Source: Candidatus Bipolaricaulota bacterium (GTDB lineage: Bacteria > Bipolaricaulota > Bipolaricaulia > UBA7950 > UBA9294). From it: DNA of 64,000 nucleotides. The notes under the pieces are model-generated. The model was not told the origin of the DNA. It saw only the letters and a list, made by a program, of their open reading frames with translations, and did no database searches. Each line of letters starts with the position of its first letter. Positions within the stretch are counted from its first letter, which is position 1. The stretch spans positions 1 to 64,000 of the forward strand of contig JBFMGK010000015.1 of the NCBI GenBank assembly GCA_040752575.1, written 5' to 3'. Shown here piece by piece: positions 1 through 8,719 of this stretch. The translations under genes were made by a program, and so were the position numbers.

Positions 1-331
1 AACGTCGGCGACAACCATGAACCGTTGTAGCGTCGCAGCTTGTCTGCGACGGCCTCTCCGAGCGTCGCGTCACGAACGTTGGCGTCAACCATAAGCCGCT
101 GTAGCGTCGCAGCTTGTCTGCGACGGCCTCTCCGAGCGTCGCGACCGAACGTCGCAGCCACGAACGTCGCAGGCAAGCTGCGACGCTACAGGGGTCCTAG
201 GTTTCCTCACGCGATCCCGCGTCTCGCGGGCCTTCGTAGCGCCGCAGGCCGGCCCAGCGTTGCCTGATGCGGCCACGCAACGTTGGGCCGGACCGCTCCG
301 ACGCTACAGGGGTTCTGGGATTCCTCCCGCG
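1..331. repeat. Cluster of GTAG-type REP-like palindromes (REPIN/BIME-like)
   Basis: GTAG-CGTCGCAG-CTTGT-CTGCGACG at 27-51 and 101-125 within a 74-bp tandem duplication; inverted copy at 165-189; degenerate pair at 236-307; repeated tail CGACGCTACAGGGGTyCTrGG at 181 and 299. Confidence 0.8.
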
Positions 332-350
332 GCGCGGCTCGCTTGCGGGC

Positions 351-941
351 TTACAGCCCGATCGTTGCGAGCGCCAGCGCTCCGATCCCGACCAAGAGCG
401 CCGTGATCGAAAGGATGAACGTCGACTGAACGCGCTTGGCCAGCGCGGCCACGTCGGTCGTCCCCTGCATTCCGTCGACCTGCGCCCTGAGTTGCGCGAT
501 GCCCTGCTCGGTGAGCGCGACGCGCGCCTCGAGGTTCGACGTCGTTCCGCCGCCCTGGAGTTGGGCGACGCGCGACTGAAGGACGGTGACGCTGTCGGAG
601 ACGCCGAAGATCAGTGTCTTGAGCGCATCGAGGTCGGCCGTGGCCACGCTCTCGGGGTTGCTCTCGAGGTACCGCACGGCGCGAGCGATGTAGACGGCCA
701 CCGTGTAGCGATCCATCGGCTGGTCTCCGTTGAATCGGCCTCCGGGAAGCCCGGTGATGATCCCGCGCGACGCGAGGAATTCGAGGTCGCTATAGGCCCA
801 GTGTGTCTTCGCCACGTCGGTGAACATCCCCCCGGTGTCCACCGGCTCCGCGGTGCCGTTTCCCGTCTGACCCGCCGCGATGAGCCCGAAGAGGGCGGCA
901 AGAACCCCGGCCGCAGCAAGTATCGTCCACGTTCGCTTCAC
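351..941 (-). CDS. S-layer homology (SLH) domain protein with coiled coil and C-terminal hydrophobic anchor (Omp-alpha-like)
   Basis: Signal peptide; FTDV..THWAY..LEFLASRGIITG.P.GRF.GDQPMDRY SLH motif; heptad region; C-terminal FILSITALLVGIGALALATIGL. Confidence 0.85.
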   Translation of the reverse strand: MKRTWTILAAAGVLAALFGLIAAGQTGNGTAEPVDTGGMFTDVAKTHWAYSDLEFLASRGIITGLPGGRFNGDQPMDRYTVAVYIARAVRYLESNPESVATADLDALKTLIFGVSDSVTVLQSRVAQLQGGGTTSNLEARVALTEQGIAQLRAQVDGMQGTTDVAALAKRVQSTFILSITALLVGIGALALATIGL

Positions 942-980
942 GGAAAACCCCCTCCTGTCTTGCTTTCACAACGTACACCG

Positions 981-1008
981 AGTATAGCCCGGGGGGCGAA
1001 AGTGTCAA
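981..1008 (-). promoter_or_regulatory. Sigma70-type promoter of SLH gene
   Basis: TTGACA-N16-TATACT on minus strand, then SD AGGAGGGG before GTG. Confidence 0.7.
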
Positions 1009-1029
1009 CAGGATTGACGAACTCGCGAC

Positions 1030-1758
1030 TCAGCCGCCGAGAAACGTCGCTCGATGGAGGGGTGACGGCCCGCGCAAGGCGATCGCCGCGAAGTGCGCCG
1101 CAGTTCCATACCCCTTGTGCGTCGCCAGCCCGTAGCCGGGAGCCGCGGCCTCGAGCCGCTGGAGCAACCGGTCACGCGTCACCTTGGCGACGATGGACGC
1201 AGCGGCCACGTGGAGGGAGCGACTGTCTCCGCGCGTGAACGAGGCCTCGGACGCCGCCGCTGTGCCCAACGAGAGTCCCCGATCGAGCACGACAAGGTCC
1301 GCCGGAACCCCGAGGCGGGCGTACGCGCGCTGCGCGGCTCGGTTGCAGGCTGCGACGATCCCGTCGCGGTCGATCTCGACGGCGGAGGCAAAACCCACCG
1401 AAAAGGATGCGCACCGGGCGATCGCCGCGTAGAGTCGCTCGCGCCGCACCGGCGACAGGCACTTGGAATCGTCGAGCCCGGCAAGTCGCGCCGTCACGTC
1501 GCGGGGCGAAGCCAGAAACTCGGGGGAAAACGCCACGCAGCCTACGGCAACGGGACCGGCCAACGCACCGCGCCCGGCCTCGTCGAGTCCGACCAACGCC
1601 AGACCCCGAAAGGGCCGCGGACCGATCAAGAAGCAAGGCGCGCCGTCGCGCGCCTCGTGTTCCTCGTGCTCGCTCGGGGCCAGCACATCCCTCACGCGCT
1701 CGCCACGCGCCAGCGCGAGGTCGAACTCCAGGAGAAGGCCGACGCGGTCTTGCGGCAC
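1030..1758 (-). CDS. rnhB: Ribonuclease HII
   Basis: GLDEAGRGALAGPV, LDDSK, AAASIVAKVTRD, HKGYGT, LHRATF motifs; follows rplS. Confidence 0.95.
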   Translation of the reverse strand: MPQDRVGLLLEFDLALARGERVRDVLAPSEHEEHEARDGAPCFLIGPRPFRGLALVGLDEAGRGALAGPVAVGCVAFSPEFLASPRDVTARLAGLDDSKCLSPVRRERLYAAIARCASFSVGFASAVEIDRDGIVAACNRAAQRAYARLGVPADLVVLDRGLSLGTAAASEASFTRGDSRSLHVAAASIVAKVTRDRLLQRLEAAAPGYGLATHKGYGTAAHFAAIALRGPSPLHRATFLGG

Positions 1759-1774
1759 GACCTCTCCCGCGTTG

Positions 1775-2095
1775 CTAGTGGATCCTGCGGAGATCGCGAA
1801 GGTAGTACGGCCGGCCTTGGCGCGCGCCGCGCTCCTTGACGAGCTCGAACTTCTCGACCTTCGGCGAGTGCAATGGGTAGGTCTTCTCGACGCCGACTCC
1901 GGACGAGATCTTGCGCACGGTCACCATCTCGCGGGTCCCGCCGCCGCTGCGCTTGAGTACAATGCCTTCGAAGACCTGCACGCGCTCCTTGGCGCCCTCT
2001 GTGATCCGCTCGTGAACCCGAACGATGTCTCCGGGTCGGAAAGCTCCCCGCTCTCGCAGGTGCCCCTGTTCAACGGCCCGCAAGATGTCGTCCAT
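1775..2095 (-). CDS. rplS: 50S ribosomal protein L19
   Basis: FRPGDIVRVHERITEG.KERVQVFEG, TVRKISSGVGVEKTYPLHSP; ATG at 2095 behind GAGGAGG. Confidence 0.97.
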   Translation of the reverse strand: MDDILRAVEQGHLRERGAFRPGDIVRVHERITEGAKERVQVFEGIVLKRSGGGTREMVTVRKISSGVGVEKTYPLHSPKVEKFELVKERGARQGRPYYLRDLRRIH

Positions 2096-2143
2096 TGCTG
2101 CCTCCTCACGGACCGCCTCGGCGGCCCTTCTTCGCACATCTTA

Positions 2144-2236
2144 AGGTTTCTATCCAGCCGGCTGTCTCTTCGCGGCCGGCAGGTTCTCCGCCGCCGGCAG
2201 GTTCTATGCCGCCGGCTGTCTCTCCGCCGCCGGCTG
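2144..2236. repeat. 18-bp tandem repeat (about 5 units) spanning a stop codon
   Basis: Units beginning GCCGGCwG at 2157, 2175, 2193, 2211, 2229. Confidence 0.8.
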
Positions 2237-2806
2237 CCCGTCGTCCCGGTCGCCGACCACGCGGTCGAGGATGATCGCCGCGGCAGCGCGAACGGACAAG
2301 TGGTTGAAGTCGGCGTCCGGCATCACAGGGGGGAGGATCGCGTCGCAGACGTCGATCAGCTCATCGGCCATTCCCCACCCCGTGCCGAACAGAATATACA
2401 CCGGCTGAGGGTGCGTTCTCAATCGCTCGCCAAGCGCGCGGAACCCGACGATCGCCTTGTTCGACGGGCGTGCCGACGTGGCGACGAGAAGAGGCTCGCG
2501 CCCCTCGTCGCGCTCGATCCGCGCCAGCGTTTCCTCCAGGTCGTCGGCGGGAACGACGTATTCGATCGCCTCGCCCCGGCGGCTCTTGTCTACGAGCTTC
2601 TCTCCCTCGGTCCAGAAGCTCCGCACGCGTTCGACGATCGCGCGTTGGCTCGGCACCGGGGTGACGACGAAGTACCGCTGCGCACCGTAGGTGCGCGCCG
2701 AGCGTGCGATGTCGTGGATGTCGACGGACGTGACGGACGTCGCGACGATCTCGCCGTCGCGATTGCGCATCGGGTAGTGCAGAAGCCCGACGTACAGACT
2801 ACCCAC
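2204..2806 (-). CDS. SPOUT-class RNA methyltransferase (TrmD-associated, DUF2168-like)
   Basis: LLHYP, DIHDIARSARTYG, ILFGTGWG, FNHLSVRAAAAIILDR; overlaps trmD stop. Confidence 0.85.
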   Translation of the reverse strand: MGSLYVGLLHYPMRNRDGEIVATSVTSVDIHDIARSARTYGAQRYFVVTPVPSQRAIVERVRSFWTEGEKLVDKSRRGEAIEYVVPADDLEETLARIERDEGREPLLVATSARPSNKAIVGFRALGERLRTHPQPVYILFGTGWGMADELIDVCDAILPPVMPDADFNHLSVRAAAAIILDRVVGDRDDGQPAAERQPAA

Positions 2807-3530
2807 GTCGCGCCTCCCCTTCCTCTTGCTCGCCGTGTGCGGCCGACGGCGCGACGCCGAGCAGATCGGGGCGCGTCCGCGCCGTCTTTCGCCAGGCTTC
2901 GCGCTTCCGGAACTCAGCGATCTTCGCGTGGTCGCCCGACAAGAGCACCTCGGGCACGGTGAGCCCGCGGAACGTCAACGGGCGCGTGTACTGCGGCGCC
3001 CCGACCCTCGCCTCGCCGTAAAACGAGTCGCTGGCCACGGAGTCGTACTTGCCGACGACCCCCGGCGTCATCCGCGCCGTGGCCTCGACGACGACGACGG
3101 CCGCGGCCTCGCCGCCGGCGAGCACGTAGTCGCCGATCGACACTTCATCGTCGACGAAGTGCAGGACGCGCTCGTCGACCCCTTCGTAGCGTCCGCAGAT
3201 CAACAACAGGCCTCCCGTCGCCGCCCAGCGCGCAGCATCGCGCTGGGTGAACAGACGTCCCTGGGGCGAGAGCAGAACGGCCGGCGCCCCCGCCGGACGC
3301 AGAGGGTTCAGGGCTTCGAGCGCCGCGACGATCGGTTCGACCTTGAGGAGCATCCCGGCGCCGCCGCCGTACGGACGGTCGTCGACGACTCGGTGCGGAT
3401 CGGCGCTCCAATCCCGCAGGTCGTGGAAGTAGATCTCGAGCTGTCCCGCCGCTTGCGCCTGTCCAAGGACGCCGATCGACAAAAGGCCCTTCATCGACTC
3501 GGGAAAGATGGAGACGATGTCAAAGCGCAT
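2799..3530 (-). CDS. trmD: tRNA (guanine37-N1)-methyltransferase
   Basis: VDDRPYGGGAGM, LSPQG, CGRYEGVDER, SIGDYVLAGGE, PQYTRP. Confidence 0.97.
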   Translation of the reverse strand: MRFDIVSIFPESMKGLLSIGVLGQAQAAGQLEIYFHDLRDWSADPHRVVDDRPYGGGAGMLLKVEPIVAALEALNPLRPAGAPAVLLSPQGRLFTQRDAARWAATGGLLLICGRYEGVDERVLHFVDDEVSIGDYVLAGGEAAAVVVVEATARMTPGVVGKYDSVASDSFYGEARVGAPQYTRPLTFRGLTVPEVLLSGDHAKIAEFRKREAWRKTARTRPDLLGVAPSAAHGEQEEGEARRG

Positions 3531-3768
3531 CGGAGGAGTCGAGAATCTCGACGACGACCTCGCGGTCCACACGCGCCGCCGCGGCCTCGAGAAACGCCCG
3601 CAAGGCGTCGATCGTTCGCCCGCCGCGGCCGAGGACGCGCCCTCGGTCGTCCTCGCTCACGCGCAGAAAGAAGATGTCCACCCGCTCGGTTTCGATCCGG
3701 TCGATCTTCGTCGCGTCCGGCCGTTCCACCAGCGAGTGGACGAGAAACTCGCACAACCGGTAGAGCAA
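3520..3768 (-). CDS. khpA: KH-domain RNA-binding protein (KhpA/YlqC)
   Basis: LRVSEDDRGRVLGRGGRTIDALR; lies between rpsP and trmD; TTG start after GGGAGGG. Confidence 0.88.
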   Translation of the reverse strand: MLYRLCEFLVHSLVERPDATKIDRIETERVDIFFLRVSEDDRGRVLGRGGRTIDALRAFLEAAAARVDREVVVEILDSSDAL

Positions 3769-3781
3769 GAGCCCTCCCCGA

Positions 3782-4093
3782 TCAGCCCTCCGCCTCGGGA
3801 GTCTCGGCGCCCTCGGCGGACCCCGGAGCGCGCTTCGCGGCATCCCAGGCCGTCATGACGCCCGACTTCGACAGGAGGTCGCGCGCGGCCTTCGTCGGCT
3901 TCGCGCCGTCGAGCAACCACTTGAGCGCGACGTCTTGATCGATGTGAAACGTCGCAGGGTCTGTTTTGGGGTCGTAGTGCCCCAGGTCGGCGACGACTTT
4001 CGCGTCGCGCGGCTTTCGCCCGTCGAGAACGACGACGCGGTACGACGGCTGTCCCTTACGACCGACCTTCTTCAACCGAATCTTCGCTGGCAT
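3782..4093 (-). CDS. rpsP: 30S ribosomal protein S16
   Basis: KIRLKKVGRKGQPSYRVVV.D.R.PRD, LGHYDP, WLLDGAKPT. Confidence 0.97.
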   Translation of the reverse strand: MPAKIRLKKVGRKGQPSYRVVVLDGRKPRDAKVVADLGHYDPKTDPATFHIDQDVALKWLLDGAKPTKAARDLLSKSGVMTAWDAAKRAPGSAEGAETPEAEG

Positions 4094-4145
4094 ACCTCAC
4101 CTCAACGTTGATCTCTCTCGAAGCGGGCCTTGCGGCCGCCGGGGG

Positions 4146-5474
4146 CTACGCACCGGCCAACAGGTCCGGCGGGAAACGTCCCTTGCCGCGACGCCCGCCG
4201 ACCCACTTCAACGCGCGCTTTGCCTCTTCGTAGCGCGAAAGGACAGCATTGACGTCTCGAACCTTCGTCCCGCTTCCGCGAGCGATCCGCTTCTTCCGAC
4301 TTCCCCCGATTATAGAGGGCTCGGCGCGTTCTTCCAGCGTCATCGATCGCAGAACCGCGACGGTTCTCTTCAGCTCGTCTTCTTCGGCGTCACCGGCCTG
4401 CGCCTTGAGCTTCGCCGCGCCCGGAAGCTTCTCGAGGATCTGAGAGAGCGGTCCGAGCTTCCGAACCTCCTCGAGTTGCTCGAGGAAGTCCTGCAGAGTG
4501 AAGCGGTTCTTCTTCACGCGTTCGACGAGCCGCTCGGCCTTGTGGGTGTCGAGCTGGCGTTCGGCTTCTTCGATGAGCGTCAGGACGTCCCCCATGCCCA
4601 GGATCCGTTCGGCCATCCGCCCGGGGTGGAACGGCTCGAGCCCGTCGACCTTCTCGCCCGTTCCGACGTACACAATCGGGCGCCCGGTCGCGTGGCGGAT
4701 CGAGAGCGCCGCGCCCCCTCGCGCGTCGCCGTCCGTCTTCGTAAGGATCACGCCCGTGAGGCCGACCGCCTCGTCGAACGCCGACGCCACGGCCACCGCC
4801 TCCTGCCCGGTCATCGCGTCGGCCACGAGGAGCTTCTCGACCGGCGACGTCGCTTCGGCGATCTCGCGGATCTCGCGCATCATCTCGGCGTCGATTTGCA
4901 GGCGTCCGGCTGTGTCGACGATCACGATGTCTCGCAGATTGGCCTTGGCCCACCCCACGGCGCCGCGTGCGATGGCAACCGGCTTCGGATCGGTGCGCGA
5001 GACGACGGGCACGCCGAGACTGCGACCCAGCGTTTCGAGTTGGTCGATCGCCGCGGGGCGGTAGACGTCGGCCGCGACGAGCACGGGCTTGCGACCTTCG
5101 CGGTGCAGGACGTTCGCAAGCTTGGCCGCCGTGGTCGTCTTGCCCGAGCCCTGGAGCCCGACCAGCAGGATCACGGACGGACGGCGATCGAGACGAAGCG
5201 CAGTTCGCTCGCCGCCCATCGTCGCAGCGAGTTCGTCGCGCACGATCTTCAGGAGCTGCTGTCCCGGACTGAGGCTCTCCAGGACCTCGGCGCCGACGGC
5301 GCGCCCGCGGATGCGCTCGATGATCTCCTTCGCCACCTTGTAATGGACGTCGGCCTCGAGCAACGCGAGGCGGATCTCCCGCAGGCCCTCCGCGACGTCG
5401 GTCTCGGACAGCTTGCCCTTCCCGCGGAGGCGCGAGAACACAGAGGTCAACCGCTCGGCTAGCGCGTCAAACAC
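4146..5474 (-). CDS. ffh: Signal recognition particle protein
   Basis: ALLEADV, GLQGSGKTTT, DTAGR, TKTDGDARGGA, M domain SRKKRIARGSG. Confidence 0.98.
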   Translation of the reverse strand: MFDALAERLTSVFSRLRGKGKLSETDVAEGLREIRLALLEADVHYKVAKEIIERIRGRAVGAEVLESLSPGQQLLKIVRDELAATMGGERTALRLDRRPSVILLVGLQGSGKTTTAAKLANVLHREGRKPVLVAADVYRPAAIDQLETLGRSLGVPVVSRTDPKPVAIARGAVGWAKANLRDIVIVDTAGRLQIDAEMMREIREIAEATSPVEKLLVADAMTGQEAVAVASAFDEAVGLTGVILTKTDGDARGGAALSIRHATGRPIVYVGTGEKVDGLEPFHPGRMAERILGMGDVLTLIEEAERQLDTHKAERLVERVKKNRFTLQDFLEQLEEVRKLGPLSQILEKLPGAAKLKAQAGDAEEDELKRTVAVLRSMTLEERAEPSIIGGSRKKRIARGSGTKVRDVNAVLSRYEEAKRALKWVGGRRGKGRFPPDLLAGA

Positions 5475-5540
5475 GGGTTCCTCCTGGCGCGAAACTCGGC
5501 CCGCTCGCGGGCGGAAGGATACGTAGCCCGGCCCAAGGCA

Positions 5541-6878
5541 TCAAACAAGTCCGTGCTTCGCGAGGAACGACGTCGAAACGTCGCCGGCGCGAAACGCATC
5601 GTGCGAGATGACGGCCAGGGCGAGGTCGCGCGTCGTCGCAACTCCAGAGACGCGGAAACGACGCAACGCCGTCTCCATCCGCAAGCAGGCCGTCTCGCGA
5701 TCCTCGCCCCAGACGACGAGTTTGGCGAGCAGCGAGTCGTAGTGCGGCGAGATGACCATCCCGTCGTAGATCGCGGTGTCGAGGCGTACGCCGTGCCCGC
5801 CGGGGAGTTCCTCGACGTGCACCGTGCCCGTGGACGGCAGGAAGCTGCGCGTCGGATCCTCGGCATTGATCCGGCACTCGATCGTGTGGCCGCGCGGCTT
5901 GGGCGGCTCGAGCGGCGCCGCCTCGCCGGCGGCGATCCGGATCTGCTCGCGAACGAGATTCACGCCGCAGGCAACCTCGCTGACAGGGTGCTCGACCTGA
6001 ATCCGCGCGTTCATCTCGATGAAGTGGAACCGCCCGTCCGGCTCGACGAGAAACTCCACGGTTCCGACGTTGGTGTAGTTGACGGCGTGCGCCGCGGCCA
6101 GCGCCGCGCGGTGCAGGCGCTCGCGTAGGTTCGCGTCGAGGCCCGGCGCCGGGGACTCCTCGATGAGCTTCTGGTGCCGGCGCTGCACGGAGCAGTCGCG
6201 CTCGCCCAGGTGAACGGCGCGCCCTCGCTCGTCGGCCAGGATCTGGACCTCGACGTGCCGCGGGTCGCGAACGGCCTTCTCGAAGTACAACTCCGCCTCG
6301 CCGCTCGCTGCCTTCGCTTCGGCCCCCGCCGCGCCCAGGGCGGCGAGCAGCTCTTCGGGCGACTCGGTCCACCGCAGGCCGCGCCCGCCGCCGCCGAAGA
6401 CCGACTTGACGAGAACGGGGTAGCCCAGCGACTCGGCGAACGCAAGGGCATCGTCGGGCTTCTTCGGCGCGGGGCCGCCCGGCAACACGGGAACGCCGGC
6501 CGCCGCCACCGTGTCCCGCGCGAGGATCTTGTCGCCGACGATCTGCATGGTCGCCCGCGACGGGCCGATGAAGCGAACCCCGTGTTCCTCGCAGATCTCG
6601 ACGAAGTGCGGGCTCTCCGACAGGAATCCGTACCCCGGGTGGATGGCTCCGGCCTGGACGAGGTCCGCCACGCTGAGGATGGCGGCGGCGTTGAGGTAGC
6701 TCTTCGCCGGCTCCGCGGGTCCGATGCACACCGCACCGTCGGCCAATTGGAGATACGGCATGACCTCGTCGGCTTCCGAGTAGACGGCGATCGAGCGCAG
6801 CCCGAGTTCGCGGCAGGCTTCGATGACGCGCAGGGCGATCTCGCCCCGATTGGCCACGAGGACCGTGTCGAAACTCAT
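5541..6878 (-). CDS. accC: Biotin carboxylase
   Basis: VLVANRGEIALR, HPGYGFLSE, GGGGRG, DCSVQRRHQKLIEE, EMNARIQVEHPV, YDSLLAKL. Confidence 0.93.
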   Translation of the reverse strand: MSFDTVLVANRGEIALRVIEACRELGLRSIAVYSEADEVMPYLQLADGAVCIGPAEPAKSYLNAAAILSVADLVQAGAIHPGYGFLSESPHFVEICEEHGVRFIGPSRATMQIVGDKILARDTVAAAGVPVLPGGPAPKKPDDALAFAESLGYPVLVKSVFGGGGRGLRWTESPEELLAALGAAGAEAKAASGEAELYFEKAVRDPRHVEVQILADERGRAVHLGERDCSVQRRHQKLIEESPAPGLDANLRERLHRAALAAAHAVNYTNVGTVEFLVEPDGRFHFIEMNARIQVEHPVSEVACGVNLVREQIRIAAGEAAPLEPPKPRGHTIECRINAEDPTRSFLPSTGTVHVEELPGGHGVRLDTAIYDGMVISPHYDSLLAKLVVWGEDRETACLRMETALRRFRVSGVATTRDLALAVISHDAFRAGDVSTSFLAKHGLV

Positions 6879-7297
6879 AGGGCGTCGAACGCGAGGAGGG
6901 GTTGCCCGTACTCGACCGGCGATCCTTCGTCGACGAGGACGGCCCGCAGCCTGCCGGCGAACTCCGCCTTGATCTCGTTCATCACCTTCATCGCCTCGAC
7001 GATGCACACGGTGTCGCCAGGTTTGACGATCTGACCGGGCACGACGAACGGCTCGTCGTTTGGCGTCGGACGGCGGTAGAACGTCCCGACAAGCGGAGAC
7101 GTCAGCGTCAGCGTTCCGTCGCCGGTCGGCGCGGCGATCCCCGTGGTCAGAGCGGATCCCGCGTCGCCGGCGGGGCCGGAAACGCGGCTCAACGTCTGTC
7201 GAACCGTGACGGTCGTCTCGCCGTCGGACACGGTGATCTCACTCAGCCCCTCGTCCTTGAGGAGGCGAACGATCGCCCGCAACTGCTCGAGGTCCAT
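6875..7297 (-). CDS. accB: Biotin carboxyl carrier protein
   Basis: SPLVGTFY, IVEAMKVMNEI biotinylation motif, VEYGQPL. Confidence 0.95.
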   Translation of the reverse strand: MDLEQLRAIVRLLKDEGLSEITVSDGETTVTVRQTLSRVSGPAGDAGSALTTGIAAPTGDGTLTLTSPLVGTFYRRPTPNDEPFVVPGQIVKPGDTVCIVEAMKVMNEIKAEFAGRLRAVLVDEGSPVEYGQPLLAFDAL

Positions 7298-7409
7298 CCA
7301 TCCCTCCCGCGAGCGGCCATTGTACAGGCGCGTCAGCGAGGACGGCAATCGCCGTCTTGCGCCGACCTAGGTGCTACCTATAATGTGGACACGTGAGGTG
7401 AGGGCGTAC

Positions 7410-8699
7410 GTGCACATAGGCGCGGAAGTTGCGCTGTTGTTCTTCCTGATTCTGCTGTCGGCATACTGCTCCTGCTCGGAGACGGCTCTCACTGCGGTAT
7501 CCCATGGGCGGCTCGTCTACCTGATCAAGGCTCACCCTCGCCGGGCACGCGCTCTCGGCCGCCTGCTCGACGCTCCGAACGACCTGATCACCGCCCTCCT
7601 TGTCCTGAACAACGTCGTGAACGTCACCGCAAGCTCGGTCATGACCCTGATCATCGTCCAGTCCTTGCCGACGCTCGGAGCCGGTTGGCAGGGACTCATC
7701 GCGACGGGCGTGATGACGGTTTCCCTGCTCGTCCTCGGCGAGATCACGCCCAAGAGCTTCGCGAAGCACAACGCCGAGGGGATCACGCTGCGCGTCGTCG
7801 GGCAGGTTCACATCATCGCGCTCGTCCTGCGCCCGATCATCCGCTTCTTCCAGGCCGTCGCGCGAGGCATCTTCCGGATCTTCGGCATCGACCTCGCCGA
7901 ACGGGAGCCGCCGGGAGTGAGCGACGAGCAAATCGAGACGCTCATCGACGCGAGCGAGGAAAGCGGCCTGTTGACCGAAGAAGACGGGGACATGATTCGC
8001 CGCATCCTCGACTTCGATGAGGTCACCGCCGAACAGGTCATGGTCCCGCGCACCGACGTCCAGGCCATCGAGGTCGGGACTCCGATCGATGAGGTGCGCC
8101 TTCTGGTTTCCAAGGACGGACACTCGCGGTTCCCCGTCTACGACGGCGTTCCGGACAATGTCGTCGGAACCCTCTATGCCAAGGACCTGCTCGCCGAACC
8201 CGAGGACGGCGGGCGAACGCTCCGCGACCTCGTGCGTCCGGCGTTCTACGCCCCCACACTGCAGCCGATCAACGTCCTGTTGCGCGATCTCCAGCGGCAG
8301 AAGGTGCACATGGCCGTCGTGATCGACGAGTTCGGCGGAATGGCCGGCATCGTCACCCTCGAGGACATCCTGGAGGAAATCGTCGGCGAGATCGAGGACG
8401 AGTACGACTCGCCGGTCACGGTCGTTCGCGTCGTCGGACCGGGAGAGGCGATCGTGTCGGGCGACGCCTCGATCCATGACGTGAACCGCGAGCTGGAGAT
8501 TCGGCTTCCCGAAGAAGATGCTGTGACGGTCAACGGCCTGTTCCAGCGAAATCTCGAAGCGATGGCCCAGGTCGGCGACGCGATCGACGTGGGGGACGTC
8601 CGGCTCATCGTTGAAGACGCGACGGAGCGCGAAATCACGTCGGTGCGCGTGGTCGTCGGCGCGGCGCGCGCCGGCGCAAGCGCAACGGCCGACGCGTGA
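7410..8699 (+). CDS. CNNM/DUF21-CBS-CorC (hemolysin/Mg-Co transporter family) protein
   Basis: SETAL, GEITPK, VMVPRTD, HSRFPVY, VIDEFGG..GIVTLEDILEEIVGEIEDEYD; TATAAT and GAGGTG upstream. Confidence 0.92.
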   Translation: MHIGAEVALLFFLILLSAYCSCSETALTAVSHGRLVYLIKAHPRRARALGRLLDAPNDLITALLVLNNVVNVTASSVMTLIIVQSLPTLGAGWQGLIATGVMTVSLLVLGEITPKSFAKHNAEGITLRVVGQVHIIALVLRPIIRFFQAVARGIFRIFGIDLAEREPPGVSDEQIETLIDASEESGLLTEEDGDMIRRILDFDEVTAEQVMVPRTDVQAIEVGTPIDEVRLLVSKDGHSRFPVYDGVPDNVVGTLYAKDLLAEPEDGGRTLRDLVRPAFYAPTLQPINVLLRDLQRQKVHMAVVIDEFGGMAGIVTLEDILEEIVGEIEDEYDSPVTVVRVVGPGEAIVSGDASIHDVNRELEIRLPEEDAVTVNGLFQRNLEAMAQVGDAIDVGDVRLIVEDATEREITSVRVVVGAARAGASATADA

Positions 8700-8719
8700 G
8701 GACTTCCTGCGGAGGATCC

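Noticed and set aside
1..331. CRISPR array
   Set aside because: Sequences between repeats are themselves duplicated, copies occur in both orientations, and no cas genes are present
2144..2206. Pyrrolysine or amber readthrough
   Set aside because: The extension would be only a low-complexity repeat, and no pyl genes are in the window
5541..7297. accBC without carboxyltransferase as an anomaly
   Set aside because: accA and accD are commonly encoded elsewhere
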